Positions 1-12,515 of a DNA stretch of 64,000 nucleotides are shown here, piece after piece (within the stretch, counting starts at the first letter, position 1; each line of letters opens with the position of its first letter). Under the pieces are notes generated by a model, which saw only the letters and a list, made by a program, of their open reading frames with translations, was not told the DNA's origin and searched no databases. The stretch comes from Candidatus Nanopelagicales bacterium. GTDB lineage: Bacteria > Actinomycetota > Actinomycetes > S36-B12 > CAIYMF01. The DNA lies in assembly GCA_017882705.1 (NCBI GenBank), contig JADGOZ010000067.1, positions 12,295 through 76,294 on the forward strand. The letters are read 5' to 3'. Both the position numbers and the translations under genes were made by a program.

Positions 1-1
1 C

Positions 2-1234
2 GGGCGCTGGACAGGTCACACCGGCAAGCGGATCGAGGCCGTCGTCAACGTCGGCATCGGCGGCTCCGACCTCGGCCCGGTGATGGCCTACGAGGCGCTG
101 AAGCACTACAGCGACCGCTCCCTCACGTTCCGCTTCGTGTCCAACGTCGACGGCACCGACTTCGCCGAGGCGACCCGCGACCTCGACCCGCAGACCACGC
201 TGTTCGTGATCGCGTCGAAGACCTTCACCACCCTCGAGACGATGACCAACGCCGCCACCGCGCGCGACTGGGCCCTGGCCGAGCTCGGCGACGAGGCCGC
301 GGTCGCGAAGCACTTCGTGGCCCTGTCGACCAATGCCGAACGGGTCGCCGCGTTCGGCATCGACACGGCGAACATGTTCGGCTTCTGGGACTGGGTCGGC
401 GGCCGCTACTCCATGGAGTCCGCGATCGGCCTCTCCACGATGATCGCCATCGGTCCCGAGGCCTACGCCGAGCTCCTGGCCGGCTCGCACGCGATGGACG
501 AGCACTTCCGCACGGCTCCGCTCCGCGAGAACGTGCCGGTGCTGATGGGTCTGCTCGGCGTCTGGTACGGCGAGCTGTTCGACGCCCAGACGATCGCCGT
601 CCTGCCGTACGACCAGTACCTGGCGCGGTTCCCGGCGTATCTCCAGCAGCTGACGATGGAGTCGAACGGCAAGCACGTCACCCTCGACGGCGCCCAGGTC
701 GACTACCAGACCGTCTCGGTGTACTGGGGGGAGCCCGGCACGAACGGGCAGCACACCTTCTACCAGCTGATCCACCAGGGGACGAAGCTCGTGCCAGCCG
801 ACCTGATCGGCTTCGCCACCAGCCTCAACCCGATCGGCGAGCACCACGACACGCTGAACTCGAACGTCTTCGCGCAGGCGAAGGCGCTCGCGTTCGGCCG
901 CACCCTCGAGGAGGTCCTCGCCGCCGGCGCGACCGCCGACGTCGCGCCGCACCGCGTGATGGAGGGAAACCGCCCGACGACCACGATCCTCGCCGAGGTC
1001 CTCACGCCGCGCGTGCTCGGCGCGCTGATCGCGCTCTACGAGCACATCGTGTTCACCCAGGGCGCGGTGTGGGACATCAACCCGTTCGACCAGTGGGGCG
1101 TCGAGCTCGGCAAGGTGATGGCGCTCGAGATCCTCCCCCAGCTCACCTCCGCCGACGACCCCGAGCTCGCGCACGACTCGTCGACCAACGCCCTGATCCG
1201 TCGCTACCGCGCGCTCAAGGCGCAGAACTCCTAG
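2..1234 (+). CDS. pgi: glucose-6-phosphate isomerase (5' end cut by window edge)
   Basis: The frame is open from base 2. Translation starts [33 protein letters not shown] (PGI motif) and runs to TAG at 1232-1234. The listed ORF 80..1234 is only the part after the first in-frame GTG. Confidence 0.93.
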   Translation, partial: GRWTGHTGKRIEAVVNVGIGGSDLGPVMAYEALKHYSDRSLTFRFVSNVDGTDFAEATRDLDPQTTLFVIASKTFTTLETMTNAATARDWALAELGDEAAVAKHFVALSTNAERVAAFGIDTANMFGFWDWVGGRYSMESAIGLSTMIAIGPEAYAELLAGSHAMDEHFRTAPLRENVPVLMGLLGVWYGELFDAQTIAVLPYDQYLARFPAYLQQLTMESNGKHVTLDGAQVDYQTVSVYWGEPGTNGQHTFYQLIHQGTKLVPADLIGFATSLNPIGEHHDTLNSNVFAQAKALAFGRTLEEVLAAGATADVAPHRVMEGNRPTTTILAEVLTPRVLGALIALYEHIVFTQGAVWDINPFDQWGVELGKVMALEILPQLTSADDPELAHDSSTNALIRRYRALKAQNS

Positions 1235-1246
1235 AGGAGCATCCCG

Positions 1247-2281
<1,035 letters not shown>

Positions 2282-2282
2282 C

Positions 2283-2927
2283 CTATGCGAGACGGCGGTG
2301 CTCGATCTCGGGGCCGCGAGCGATGATCACGTCGGACACCATCGACGGCGGGAACAGGCCGTGGTCGACGACCCCGGGCACCGACGAGAGGAACGCGGCG
2401 GCCGCCGCGGGGTCGGTGAGGTCGCCGCGCCAGAACGCGAGCACCCCGCCGTCGGGGCTGCGCGGCAGGTCGCGCAGCTGGGCCTCGCCGAGGAGCGAGA
2501 TCGTCGAGCTCAGGCCGAACTCGAGCAGCTCGAGCGGCACCGGCCAGGTGAACGCGGCGACGGGCTTCGTCGAGTCGGCCATCACCACGAAACGGTCCGC
2601 CGCCGCGGCGACGATCTTCTCGCGCGTGTGCGCGCCGCCTCCGCCCTTGATCAGCCAGCCGGTGTCGTCGACCTCGTCGGTGCCGTCGATCGCGATGTCG
2701 AGCCGGCCGAGGTCCTCGAGGGTCGCCACCTCGAGGCCGAGGGAGCGAGCGACGTCCTCGGTGCGCGGCGACGTGGAGACGCAGCGCACCGACAGCCCGC
2801 GCTCCGCCAGCGCCGTCAGCAGGTGCGCCACGGTGGAGCCGGTGCCGAGACCCACCTTCATGCCGTCCTGGACCAGCGCCGCGGCCGCGCGCGCGGCCGC
2901 CGCCTTCTCCGCCTCGAGGTCCACCAC
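2283..2927 (-). CDS. rpiA: ribose-5-phosphate isomerase A
   Basis: Contains GLGTGSTV and DGTDEVD...KGGGGAHTREK motifs typical of RpiA. The start is set at GTG 2927, preceded by AGGAG at 6-nt spacing. The longer ORF to 3167 adds an Arg-rich, non-homologous N-terminus. Confidence 0.85.
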   Translation of the reverse strand: MVDLEAEKAAAARAAAALVQDGMKVGLGTGSTVAHLLTALAERGLSVRCVSTSPRTEDVARSLGLEVATLEDLGRLDIAIDGTDEVDDTGWLIKGGGGAHTREKIVAAAADRFVVMADSTKPVAAFTWPVPLELLEFGLSSTISLLGEAQLRDLPRSPDGGVLAFWRGDLTDPAAAAAFLSSVPGVVDHGLFPPSMVSDVIIARGPEIEHRRLA

Positions 2928-3054
2928 GATGTGCTCCTGACGTGTCCGGGATGAGCGCGCGCCCGGTGGCATCGCGGTGCGACGATCATGCCGTGCGGGT
3001 GCTCCGCACGTCGCTCGACCCCGGCCCGACACGCGTCCCGTCCGAGAGGCAGCC

Positions 3055-4500
3055 ATGACCGCGACGTCCACGAGCAGCACCGTCCTCGTCCCCGAGGACC
3101 ACGTCGTCGTGCTGTTCGGCGCCACCGGCGACCTCGCCAAGCGCAAGCTCCTGCCGGGCCTGTTCAAGCTGCACCAGGTAGGCCTGAGCCCGCGCGGCTT
3201 CCGCGTGATCGGCAGCTCCCCGGTCGATCTCGACGAGGCCGGCTTCCGCGACCACGTCCGCGACTCCCTCGTGAGCTTCGCCCACCCGACGCCGACCGAC
3301 GAGGAGGTCGCCGCGTTCCTGCTGCTCGTGACCTACGCCGTGTCGACGTCCGACGACCTCGGCGCGCTCGTCGCCGCGGTCGACCGCGCGTCGACCGAGC
3401 TCGGTGGCACGCCGCGCCTGCTGCACTACCTCTCGGTGCCTCCCTTCGCGTTCGCGCCGATGGTCACGGCGCTCGGCGGCACGAGCCTCACCGACGCCCG
3501 GGCACGCGTCATCCTGGAGAAGCCGTTCGGCCACGACGAGGACAGTGCGAAGGCGCTCAACGAGCTGCTGCACAGCCACTTCGCGGAGGAGCAGATCTTC
3601 CGGATCGACCACTTCCTGGGCAAGGAGGACGTGCAGAACATCCTGGCCGCGCGCTTCGCCAATGGCGTCTACGAGCCCGTGTGGAACCGCCGCCACGTGT
3701 CGCACGTGCAGATCGACGTACCCGAGACGCTCGGTCTCGAGGGACGAGCCGGCTTCTACGAGGGCACGGGTGCCTTCCGCGACATGGTGGTCACGCACCT
3801 GTTCCAGGCGCTCGGGATCGTGGCGATGGAGCGGCCCGAGGCCTTGCACGGCGAGGCGCTCGCGACCGAGAAGCTCGCGGTCTTCGAGTCGCTTCTCCCC
3901 GTCGATCCGGGTCGCGTCGTGCGCGGTCAGTACGACGGCTACCTCGACGAGCCCGGCGTGGCCGCCGGCTCCACGACCGAGACCTTCGTGGCCCTCGAGG
4001 CACGCATCGAGAACCCGCGATGGGAGGGCGTGCCGTTCTACCTGCGCACGGGCAAGAACCTCGCCCAGGGCCGACGCGTCATCACGCTGTTGTTCCACAA
4101 GCCCGAGCACGACCTGTTCGGCGGCGACCACCGGCCCGCGGCGCTCGCCTTCGAGATCGCCGAGCCGGGCGGGCTGACGCTGCACATGCTCGCGAAGGAG
4201 CCCGGCCCGGAGATGGTCCTCGGGCGGGCCCCGATGTCGTTCCAGTACAAGACCGCGCAGGGCGAGCGCAACGAGCTCGAGGCCTATCAGCGCCTCCTGC
4301 ACGACGCCATGATCGGCGACCGCACGTTGTTCACCCGCGCCCGCGGCATCGAGCGGCTCTGGGAGGTCGCCGCGCCCCTGCTGGCAGCGCCACCCCGGCT
4401 GCACCCGTACACGCCGGGCTCCTGGGGCCCGGACGCGATCCACGACCTCGTCGCCCCGCACGAGTGGCACCTGCCCGACACCGGCGCCGACAGCATCTGA
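3055..4500 (+). CDS. zwf: glucose-6-phosphate dehydrogenase
   Basis: Motifs VLFGATGDLAKRKLLPGLF, EKPFGHD and RIDHFLGKE are present. The ATG at 3055 (MTATSTSS) is chosen over the upstream GTG at 2977. Confidence 0.92.
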   Translation: MTATSTSSTVLVPEDHVVVLFGATGDLAKRKLLPGLFKLHQVGLSPRGFRVIGSSPVDLDEAGFRDHVRDSLVSFAHPTPTDEEVAAFLLLVTYAVSTSDDLGALVAAVDRASTELGGTPRLLHYLSVPPFAFAPMVTALGGTSLTDARARVILEKPFGHDEDSAKALNELLHSHFAEEQIFRIDHFLGKEDVQNILAARFANGVYEPVWNRRHVSHVQIDVPETLGLEGRAGFYEGTGAFRDMVVTHLFQALGIVAMERPEALHGEALATEKLAVFESLLPVDPGRVVRGQYDGYLDEPGVAAGSTTETFVALEARIENPRWEGVPFYLRTGKNLAQGRRVITLLFHKPEHDLFGGDHRPAALAFEIAEPGGLTLHMLAKEPGPEMVLGRAPMSFQYKTAQGERNELEAYQRLLHDAMIGDRTLFTRARGIERLWEVAAPLLAAPPRLHPYTPGSWGPDAIHDLVAPHEWHLPDTGADSI

Positions 4501-4601
4501 GCCGCGGGTCACGCCGACCCCGTCTCACGCGCGCCGCTCACCCGGGCACGCGGTCCGAATCCCGCGTGGGCGATGTCCCTCGTGGCCCCTAGGCTCGCGC
4601 C

Positions 4602-5531
4602 GTGACGACGGACACCACCGCGGCGAGCTCGGGTCGGATGACCCGTCGCGCGTGGACGCTCTTCGCCGCGATGGCCGTCATCTGGGGGATCCCCTACCTC
4701 TTCATCAAGATCGCCGTCGTCGAGCTCTCGCCCGTCGCGGTGGCCGGCTGGCGCACCCTCATCGGCGCGGCGATCCTGCTGCCCCTGGCGGCGCGGCGCG
4801 GCGCCCTCCGCCCGGCGGTGCGCGCGTGGCCGTTCGTGCTCGCGTTCGGCATGCTCGAGATGGCCGTGCCGCTGGCCCTGCTCGGACAGGCGGAGACTCG
4901 GGTGCCCAGCGGTTTCGCCGGTCTGATGATGGCCTCGGTCCCGATCGTGGGCACCCTCGTCGCGTGGCTCCTCGGTGACGCCCACGCGCTCTCCCGCGTG
5001 CGTCTCCTCGGACTCGGGGTCGGGGTGGTCGGCGTGGCCGCGCTCGTCGGACTCGACTGGGCGTCGGGCACGATCGACCCGCTGTCGGTCCTCGAGCTCC
5101 TCGTCGTCGCGGTCTGCTACGCCGTCGCCCCGGCGATGGCGGTGCGCACCCTGGCTCATGTGCCGTCGGTGGGCGTCGTGGGTGTCGCCCTGACGTTCGT
5201 CGCTGTCCTCTACCTCCCGGCGACCGTCCTGAGCGTGCACGACGGTCTCCCCTCGGCCACGGTGGTCGGCTCGGTGCTCGTGCTGGGGATGGTCTGCACG
5301 GCGCTCGGCTTCGCCCTGTTCTTCGAGCTGTTCGCCGAAGTCGGCCCGGTCCGCGCCACCGTGGTCACGTTCGTCAACCCGGCGGTCGCCGTCGCGCTGG
5401 GCGTCGTCGTCCTCAGCGAGCCGATCACGGTCGGCACGCTCGTCGGGTTCCCGCTCGTGCTGCTCGGTTCCTACTGGGCCACCCGCGGACCGTCGGCCGC
5501 CACCGAGTCGGCCGAGGCGGCGCCCGCCTGA
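4602..5531 (+). CDS. EamA/DMT family transporter
   Basis: 309-aa polytopic membrane protein with roughly 10 hydrophobic segments. The N-terminal part (AMAVIWGIPYLFIKIAV) is typical of EamA repeats. GTG start. Confidence 0.8.
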   Translation: MTTDTTAASSGRMTRRAWTLFAAMAVIWGIPYLFIKIAVVELSPVAVAGWRTLIGAAILLPLAARRGALRPAVRAWPFVLAFGMLEMAVPLALLGQAETRVPSGFAGLMMASVPIVGTLVAWLLGDAHALSRVRLLGLGVGVVGVAALVGLDWASGTIDPLSVLELLVVAVCYAVAPAMAVRTLAHVPSVGVVGVALTFVAVLYLPATVLSVHDGLPSATVVGSVLVLGMVCTALGFALFFELFAEVGPVRATVVTFVNPAVAVALGVVVLSEPITVGTLVGFPLVLLGSYWATRGPSAATESAEAAPA

Positions 5532-5583
5532 CCCGTGGGATACCCCAGCGACCTCCGCGGCGCCCTCGGGAGAGGATGCGCCC

Positions 5584-7230
<1,647 letters not shown>

Positions 7231-7255
7231 GCCGTGCGTCGCCTACCGTCTCCCC

Positions 7256-7633
7256 ATGCCCACGATCACGCTCGTCCTGGCCGGTCTCGCCGGTCTGCTG
7301 CACGTCTACTTCTTCGTCCTCGAGACGGTCGTGTTCCGCTCGCGCGGCCACCGGGTGTTCGGCGTGCCCCAGGCCGACGTCGAGACGGTCGCCTTCTCGA
7401 TGTACAACCAGGGCTTCTACAACCTGTTCCTCGCCCTCGGCGTGCTCGTGGGCGTCGTCGGGTCGTGGCGCGGGTGGGACCCGCAGGGCTCGACCCTCGT
7501 GGTCTACGGCTGCCTGTTCATGGTCGGCGCGGCCCTCGTCCTCGTGGTCGCCAAGCCGGCCATGGCACGCGGTGCGGCGATCCAGGGAGTGCTCCCGCTG
7601 CTCGCGCTCGGCGCCGCGTGGCTGATCCGCTGA
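7256..7633 (+). CDS. DUF1304 family membrane protein
   Basis: 125-aa protein with 4 TM segments. LLHVYFFVLETVVF ... MYNQGFYNLFLALG matches my recollection of DUF1304. Confidence 0.72.
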   Translation: MPTITLVLAGLAGLLHVYFFVLETVVFRSRGHRVFGVPQADVETVAFSMYNQGFYNLFLALGVLVGVVGSWRGWDPQGSTLVVYGCLFMVGAALVLVVAKPAMARGAAIQGVLPLLALGAAWLIR

Positions 7634-7723
7634 CCGTCCCGTCCACCCCCGACGTGCTGGAAACCACTCCGGAATCGAGCACTTCCGGGGGCGGGACGGA
7701 GTCTGTCGCCTAGCCTCGCGGGC

Positions 7724-8380
7724 ATGTGGCAGCACCTGACGCTCTATCCCGACGTCCCCTCGGCCCGACGCGGACAGATCGTGCGCGACGTCCTCGTCGT
7801 CGCGCTCGTGATCCTGTTCGTGTGGGTGGGCGTGAAGGTCCACGACCTCGTCGCCGCTCTCGCCGTGCTCGGCCACGGCGTCACCGAGGCGGGCACCACG
7901 GTGGAGGGTGCCTTCGACAGCGTGGGCAACGCGGTCGCGAACGTCCCGATCGTCGGGGGCGCGCTCGGCGACGCGTTCCACGGCGTCGGCGACGGCACCG
8001 GCGGCAACCTCGCCTCCCTCGGGCGGCAGGGCGAGGACGCCGTCCAGCTCCTGGCCCGGACGCTCGGCGTCGTGACAGCGGTCCTGCCCATCGCGGTGCT
8101 GCTCGTGGCGGTGCTCCCCCGACGCATCCGATCGATCCGCGAGATGAGCTCGGCGCGTGCTGTCTCCGGCATCGACCTCGCCGACCCGGAGCGCCGACGC
8201 CTGCTCGCGATGCGTGCCGCGTTCGGCCTGCCCTACCGGGAACTGCTCCCCTGGACGAAGGACCCGTTCGGCGACCTCGCGTCCGGGAACTACGACGCCC
8301 TCGTCGCGGCCGCACTCGCGGACGTCGGCCTGCGCATCCCGAAGGACTACCGCGCGGTCACTCCGGGGTCGGCGGCATGA
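7724..8380 (+). CDS. hypothetical membrane protein (two TM segments)
   Basis: 218-aa ORF with high third-position GC. Two hydrophobic helices flank a Gly/Ala/Val-rich loop. The stop overlaps the next gene's start (ATGA). No family recognised. Confidence 0.55.
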   Translation: MWQHLTLYPDVPSARRGQIVRDVLVVALVILFVWVGVKVHDLVAALAVLGHGVTEAGTTVEGAFDSVGNAVANVPIVGGALGDAFHGVGDGTGGNLASLGRQGEDAVQLLARTLGVVTAVLPIAVLLVAVLPRRIRSIREMSSARAVSGIDLADPERRRLLAMRAAFGLPYRELLPWTKDPFGDLASGNYDALVAAALADVGLRIPKDYRAVTPGSAA

Positions 8381-8859
8381 GCGGCATCGGCACGAGGGCA
8401 CCGGACCTCAGCGTCTCCGTCGTGGTCCGTCGTACGCCGGAGGCCGTGTGGCACGCGGTCGCGGACCCGCGGCGGATCGCGTCCTGGTCGCCCGAGGCGC
8501 AGCGCGTCTCAGGAGCCGACCATGCCCCCGGTCCGATGGCCTTCGGCACGACGTTCGCCGGCAGCAACCGGAACGGCTTCTTCCGCTGGACGACGCGGTG
8601 CGTGGTCGTCGAGGCGACGCCCGGCGAGGCGTTCGCCTTCGACGTGTCCTACCTCGGCCTGTCCGTCGCGCGCTGGCGCTACTTCGTCACGGCGCTCGAC
8701 TTCGGCACGTCGGTCGAGGAGCAGTGGTGGGACACCCGCGGCGCGCCGATGAAGGCGCTCGGCGCCGTCGGGACCGGGGTGGTCGACCGCCGCACGCACA
8801 ACGAGCGCACCATGCGCGCGACGCTCGACGCGCTCGCCGCCGACCTCGAGGAGGCCTGA
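8377..8859 (+). CDS. SRPBCC (START/polyketide-cyclase-like) family protein
   Basis: 160-aa ORF. The N-terminus VSVVVRRTPEAVWHAVADPRRIASWSPE is typical of SRPBCC/AHSA1-type proteins. The ATG overlaps the upstream stop. Confidence 0.7.
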   Translation: MSGIGTRAPDLSVSVVVRRTPEAVWHAVADPRRIASWSPEAQRVSGADHAPGPMAFGTTFAGSNRNGFFRWTTRCVVVEATPGEAFAFDVSYLGLSVARWRYFVTALDFGTSVEEQWWDTRGAPMKALGAVGTGVVDRRTHNERTMRATLDALAADLEEA

Positions 8860-8860
8860 C

Positions 8861-9085
8861 ATGTGCCGCAGCATCAAGACCCTGCGCCCGCCCTACGCCG
8901 ACGACGTGACCGACGCGGACATCCACGCCGCCGCGCTGCAGTACGTCCGCAAGATCGCCGGCATGCGCGCGCCGTCGGCCGCCAACCGCGAGGCGTTCGA
9001 CCGAGCGGTCGAGGAGATCGCGCACGCCACGGCGCACCTGCTCCAGGACGTCGTCGTGCGCCCGGCACCGCCGCGCGCGACCTGA
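8861..9085 (+). CDS. DUF2277 domain protein
   Basis: 74 aa starting MCRSIKTLRPPY, the characteristic DUF2277 N-terminus as I recall it. The gene starts 1 nt after the upstream stop. Confidence 0.68.
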   Translation: MCRSIKTLRPPYADDVTDADIHAAALQYVRKIAGMRAPSAANREAFDRAVEEIAHATAHLLQDVVVRPAPPRAT

Positions 9086-9102
9086 CCGCCGAGGTCGCCG
9101 CT

Positions 9103-9696
9103 TCAGCGGTCGAGCGGCCCGGTGAGGTAGCGCTGCACGGTCGGACCGACGGCGGCGACGAGCTCGTCGACGGACGCGTCCGCGACGGCCGGCACGCCGA
9201 CGAGGTAGCGGCCGAGGACCAGGCCGCCCATCTGCGTCCCGGCGAGGGCGGCGCGGAGCTCGGGCCGGTCCCCGGCCACGAAGCCCTGCAGCACCAGGAG
9301 GATCGTGCGTCCGAAGAGGTCGCGCAGGAGCGTCGCGGCGTGGTCGTGCGAGAGGCCGGTGCGCATCAGTGCCACCAGTCGGCGTCGGGTCTCGGGGTCG
9401 CCCTCCCACAGCCCGAGCACGCGACGCACGAGCTCGGCGCCGGCGCGCTCCGGGTCGTCTCCGAGGTCGCCGAGCACCGCCACCGGGTCGACCGGCAGCT
9501 CGAGCGCGGCCGCGAGCAGCTGGTCCTTCGTCCCGAAGTAGTGGTGCACAAGAGCGGGATCGACCTCGGCGCGGGTGGCAACGGCGCGGATCGTGGTCCG
9601 GTCGAAACCGTTGACAGCGAAGAGGTCTCGGGCCGCGGCGAGGATGGTCTCGCGGGTGTCCGGGCCGCCGTCCGGGCGCCTGCCGAGCCGCGCCAT
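9103..9696 (-). CDS. TetR/AcrR family transcriptional regulator
   Basis: The HTH region TRETILAAARDLFAVNGFDRTTIRAVATRAEVDPALVHHYFGTKDQL is present. The ATG at 9696 overlaps the stop of the upstream ABC ATPase (ATGA). Confidence 0.88.
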   Translation of the reverse strand: MARLGRRPDGGPDTRETILAAARDLFAVNGFDRTTIRAVATRAEVDPALVHHYFGTKDQLLAAALELPVDPVAVLGDLGDDPERAGAELVRRVLGLWEGDPETRRRLVALMRTGLSHDHAATLLRDLFGRTILLVLQGFVAGDRPELRAALAGTQMGGLVLGRYLVGVPAVADASVDELVAAVGPTVQRYLTGPLDR

Positions 9697-10574
9697 CAGC
9701 CCACCGCCCCGGGCGTCTCCCGCGCCAACACCATCATCCGCTCCTCGATCGTCGCTGCGACCGCCACGACCTCGGCAGCGATCCCGGCAGCAGCGAGCAC
9801 GGCGCGCAGGTGATCCACGTCGGAGTCGGCGACCCGCACGTCGCGCCCGGCCAGCATGACCGGCTCTCCGGCCGCGTTGAGCGCAGCGAAGGCCGCCGCC
9901 CAGTCGTCGGTGCGGACGGCGGCCGCGGCGGTGTCGCCGACGATGTCGGCCTCGCTCCCCTGCGCCACGAGTCGCGCGCGCGACATGAGCAGCAGCCGGT
10001 CGCACTGCGCCGCCTCCTGCATGTAGTGGGTCGTGACGAGCACCCCGGTGCCGCGGTCGGCCTGCTCGCGGATCGTGTCCCACAGCGCCGCCCGGGCCAG
10101 CGGGTCGACGCCCGACGTCGGCTCGTCGAGCACGAGCACCTGCGGGACGTGCGCGAGCGCGGCGAGGAACGCCACCTGACGCTGGAGCCCGAGCGACAGG
10201 TCGCCGACGAGCACGTCGGCCGAGCCGCGCAGCGCTTCGGTGAGCTGCGCCGGAGCAGCGCCGTACGCCTGGGCGGTGAAGGCGAGGTTCTCCCCCACCG
10301 TGAGGTCGCGGTAGAGCCCGAGGCTCTGCGGCACGTAGCCGAGGTGTCGTCGGCGCTCGCGGTCCGGTGCGCCGCCGAGCAGCTCGACCGAGCCGGCCGT
10401 GACGGGGAGGAGCCCGAGCAGCAACCGGATGAGCGTCGTCTTGCCGGCGCCGTTGGCGCCGAGCAGTCCGACGACCTCGCCCGGGCGGACGTCCATGCTG
10501 ACGTCGTCGACCGCCGGCACGCCACCGAACGCACGCGACACCCGCGTCGCCCGGACCAGCACCGGGTCGCTCAT
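9696..10574 (-). CDS. ABC transporter ATP-binding protein (second ATPase of operon)
   Basis: Walker A GANGAGKTT, signature LSLGLQRQ and Walker B LVLDEPTSGVD. The start is the ATG at 10574 (MSDPVLV), which overlaps the upstream stop. The longer ORF to 10916 is an Arg-rich artefact. Confidence 0.88.
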   Translation of the reverse strand: MSDPVLVRATRVSRAFGGVPAVDDVSMDVRPGEVVGLLGANGAGKTTLIRLLLGLLPVTAGSVELLGGAPDRERRRHLGYVPQSLGLYRDLTVGENLAFTAQAYGAAPAQLTEALRGSADVLVGDLSLGLQRQVAFLAALAHVPQVLVLDEPTSGVDPLARAALWDTIREQADRGTGVLVTTHYMQEAAQCDRLLLMSRARLVAQGSEADIVGDTAAAAVRTDDWAAAFAALNAAGEPVMLAGRDVRVADSDVDHLRAVLAAAGIAAEVVAVAATIEERMMVLARETPGAVG

Positions 10575-11401
10575 CGCGCCGCGCCGATCTCGTGGCGCCG
10601 CTTCAGCGACAGGGCGACGACGACGTCCTCGAGGTCCGGCTCGATCGCGATCACGTCGTCCGCGAGAACCTCGCCGCCGAGCCAGCACTCGTGGAAGCGG
10701 CGGCCCCGTCGCCACGCCCACTCCGCCCGGTGCGGCCGGTCCGCCACTGTGATCGAGCCGACGAGAGTCGCCCGTACGTCCTCGAGCGAGCCTTCGGCCA
10801 GCGTGCGCCCGCCGTCGAGGACGAGCAGCGAGCCGGCCCGCTCCGCCTCGTCGAGGTAGGTCGTCGACATCAGCACGGCCGCCCCGGCGGCCGCAGCCTC
10901 GGACACCAGGCGCCACAGGTCGATCCGGCTCACCGGGTCCACTCCGGTCGTGGGCTCGTCCAGCACGAGGAGCTCGGGCTCGTGCTGCATGGCCATGCAG
11001 AACCCGAGCTTGCGTCGCATCCCGCCCGAGAGCTGCGAGGCGAGACGGTCCCCGGCCTCGACGAGACCCGCTCGGGCGAGGAGCGCCTCGCGCCGGCGCT
11101 CGAGCCGTTCGCCGGAGAGTCCGTAGATGCCGCCGACGAAGTCCATGTTCTGCCGCACGGTGAGCGCCGGCCAGCTCCCCGCGGCCGCGGTGAGGTAGCC
11201 GATCCGCTCGGGCGGCGGAGCATGCACCGCGCCGCGCTCGAGGACGAGCTCGCCGACGAGAGCGCGCAGCAGCGTCGTCTTGCCCGCACCGTCACCGCCG
11301 ACGACGACCACGACGGACCCGGGGTCCACGGTCACCGAGACGTCGTCGAGCGCGAGCACGTCATCGTGGCGCACCGTCGCGGACCTTACCCAGAAGCTCA
11401 T
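10571..11401 (-). CDS. ABC transporter ATP-binding protein (first ATPase of operon)
   Basis: Walker A GGDGAGKTT, signature LSGGMRRKL and Walker B LLVLDEPTTGVD. The ATG overlaps the permease stop (ATGA). Confidence 0.85.
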   Translation of the reverse strand: MSFWVRSATVRHDDVLALDDVSVTVDPGSVVVVVGGDGAGKTTLLRALVGELVLERGAVHAPPPERIGYLTAAAGSWPALTVRQNMDFVGGIYGLSGERLERRREALLARAGLVEAGDRLASQLSGGMRRKLGFCMAMQHEPELLVLDEPTTGVDPVSRIDLWRLVSEAAAAGAAVLMSTTYLDEAERAGSLLVLDGGRTLAEGSLEDVRATLVGSITVADRPHRAEWAWRRGRRFHECWLGGEVLADDVIAIEPDLEDVVVALSLKRRHEIGAAR

Positions 11402-12468
11402 GACGCGCTCGGCACCTCGGTGCCGGCGACGATCTCCGCAGTGTCGGCACCGCGGCGGCGCCCGGGCGCGAGGTCACGACGGAACCGCAGCGTCGCGCCG
11501 GTGAAGACGACGACGGCCATGACGGTGAGGACGAGGAACGGGAGCCACAGCGACGTCAGCGATGCACCGCGGAGCATCACGCCCTGCGAGATCATCGTGA
11601 AGTAGGTCAGCGGCAAGAGGTAGCCGATCCAGCGCACGCCTGCGGCCATCGCGTCGAGCGGGAAGATCATCCCGGACAGCAGGATCTGCGGCATGAGGAA
11701 GAAGAAGGCCGTCTGGATGGCCTGCCCTGTGGTCTGCGAGATCGTCGAGATGAACACGCCGAGCCCCAGGACCACGAACAGGAACAGAGCGGCGCCGAGG
11801 GCGAACACGAGGACGTTGCCGTTGAAGGGCACGCCGAACAGCAGGATCCCCAGCACCGTCACGACGACCATGTCGATCGACGCGACGAGGAAGTACGGCG
11901 AGATCTTGCCCAGGATCACGGCGCTCGGCTTGATCGGCATCACGGCCAGCTGCTCGAGCGTGCCCGTCTCGCGCTCGCGCACCAGCCCGATGCTGGTGAC
12001 GATCGTGCCGATGAACGTGAGGATCAGTCCGATGATCGCCGGGATCATCACCCACGACGTCTTCAGCTCGGGGTTGTAGAGAACCTCCGTCGTGACCTTG
12101 TCGGTGCCCACCTTGTTGAGCACCGACACGATCGACTGCGCGGCGAACAGGTTCGACCCGTCCACCAGGGCGAGTGCCGGCAGCTGCCCCGTCACGATCA
12201 CGACATCGACGGTGTTGTCGCGCAGCAGCGTCTCGGCGTCGGTCCGCCCGTCGCCCGGCTCCACGACCGTGACGTCGAAGAACGACGGCAGCGCCGCCGC
12301 GGCGACCGTCGCCTGCGGACCCACGACCGCCGTCTTCACGCTGCTGACGTAGAAGTTCGCGGCGTAGCCGAAGATGACGAGCAGCAGCAGCGGCAGCCCG
12401 ATGAGCATGCCGAGCGTGCGCCGGTCGCGACGGAGCTCGCGGAACTCCTTGATGATCATCGCTCGCAT
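11398..12468 (-). CDS. ABC-2 type transporter permease
   Basis: 356 aa. The N-terminus MIIKEFRELRRDRRTLGMLIGLPLL is followed by a large extracytoplasmic loop and then 5 TM segments, as in the ABC-2/YhhJ family. Confidence 0.85.
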   Translation of the reverse strand: MRAMIIKEFRELRRDRRTLGMLIGLPLLLLVIFGYAANFYVSSVKTAVVGPQATVAAAALPSFFDVTVVEPGDGRTDAETLLRDNTVDVVIVTGQLPALALVDGSNLFAAQSIVSVLNKVGTDKVTTEVLYNPELKTSWVMIPAIIGLILTFIGTIVTSIGLVRERETGTLEQLAVMPIKPSAVILGKISPYFLVASIDMVVVTVLGILLFGVPFNGNVLVFALGAALFLFVVLGLGVFISTISQTTGQAIQTAFFFLMPQILLSGMIFPLDAMAAGVRWIGYLLPLTYFTMISQGVMLRGASLTSLWLPFLVLTVMAVVVFTGATLRFRRDLAPGRRRGADTAEIVAGTEVPSAS

Positions 12469-12475
12469 GAGCCCG

Positions 12476-12504
12476 AAGTTAGACCCGGCCCACGGCTAAG
12501 TCAA
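12476..12504 (-). promoter_or_regulatory. candidate promoter of the ABC-2 operon (TTGACT-17 nt-TAACTT), probably giving a leaderless mRNA
   Basis: The minus strand reads TTGACT (12504-12499), a 17-nt spacer, then TAACTT (12481-12476). The permease ATG lies only 7 nt downstream. The spacer holds an imperfect palindrome TTAG-N13-CTAA (12479-12499) that could be the TetR operator. Confidence 0.3.
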
Positions 12505-12515
12505 CAGATGATGAA

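Noticed and set aside
7634-7723. Nested inverted repeats (CCGGAA-N8-TTCCGG, CCGTCCC...GGGACGG) after the DUF1304 gene as a terminator
   Set aside because: The stems are short, there is no U-tract, and the next gene starts 25 nt later on the same strand. The evidence is too weak to list as a feature.
9696-10916. Long N-terminal extensions of several ORFs (for example 9696-10916, 9103-10083, 39715-40989, 28354-29598, 52741-53910, 61724-62725)
   Set aside because: The extensions are Arg-rich, overlap upstream genes and lack homology. Internal starts that create 4-nt overlaps or have SD sequences give products matching family lengths.
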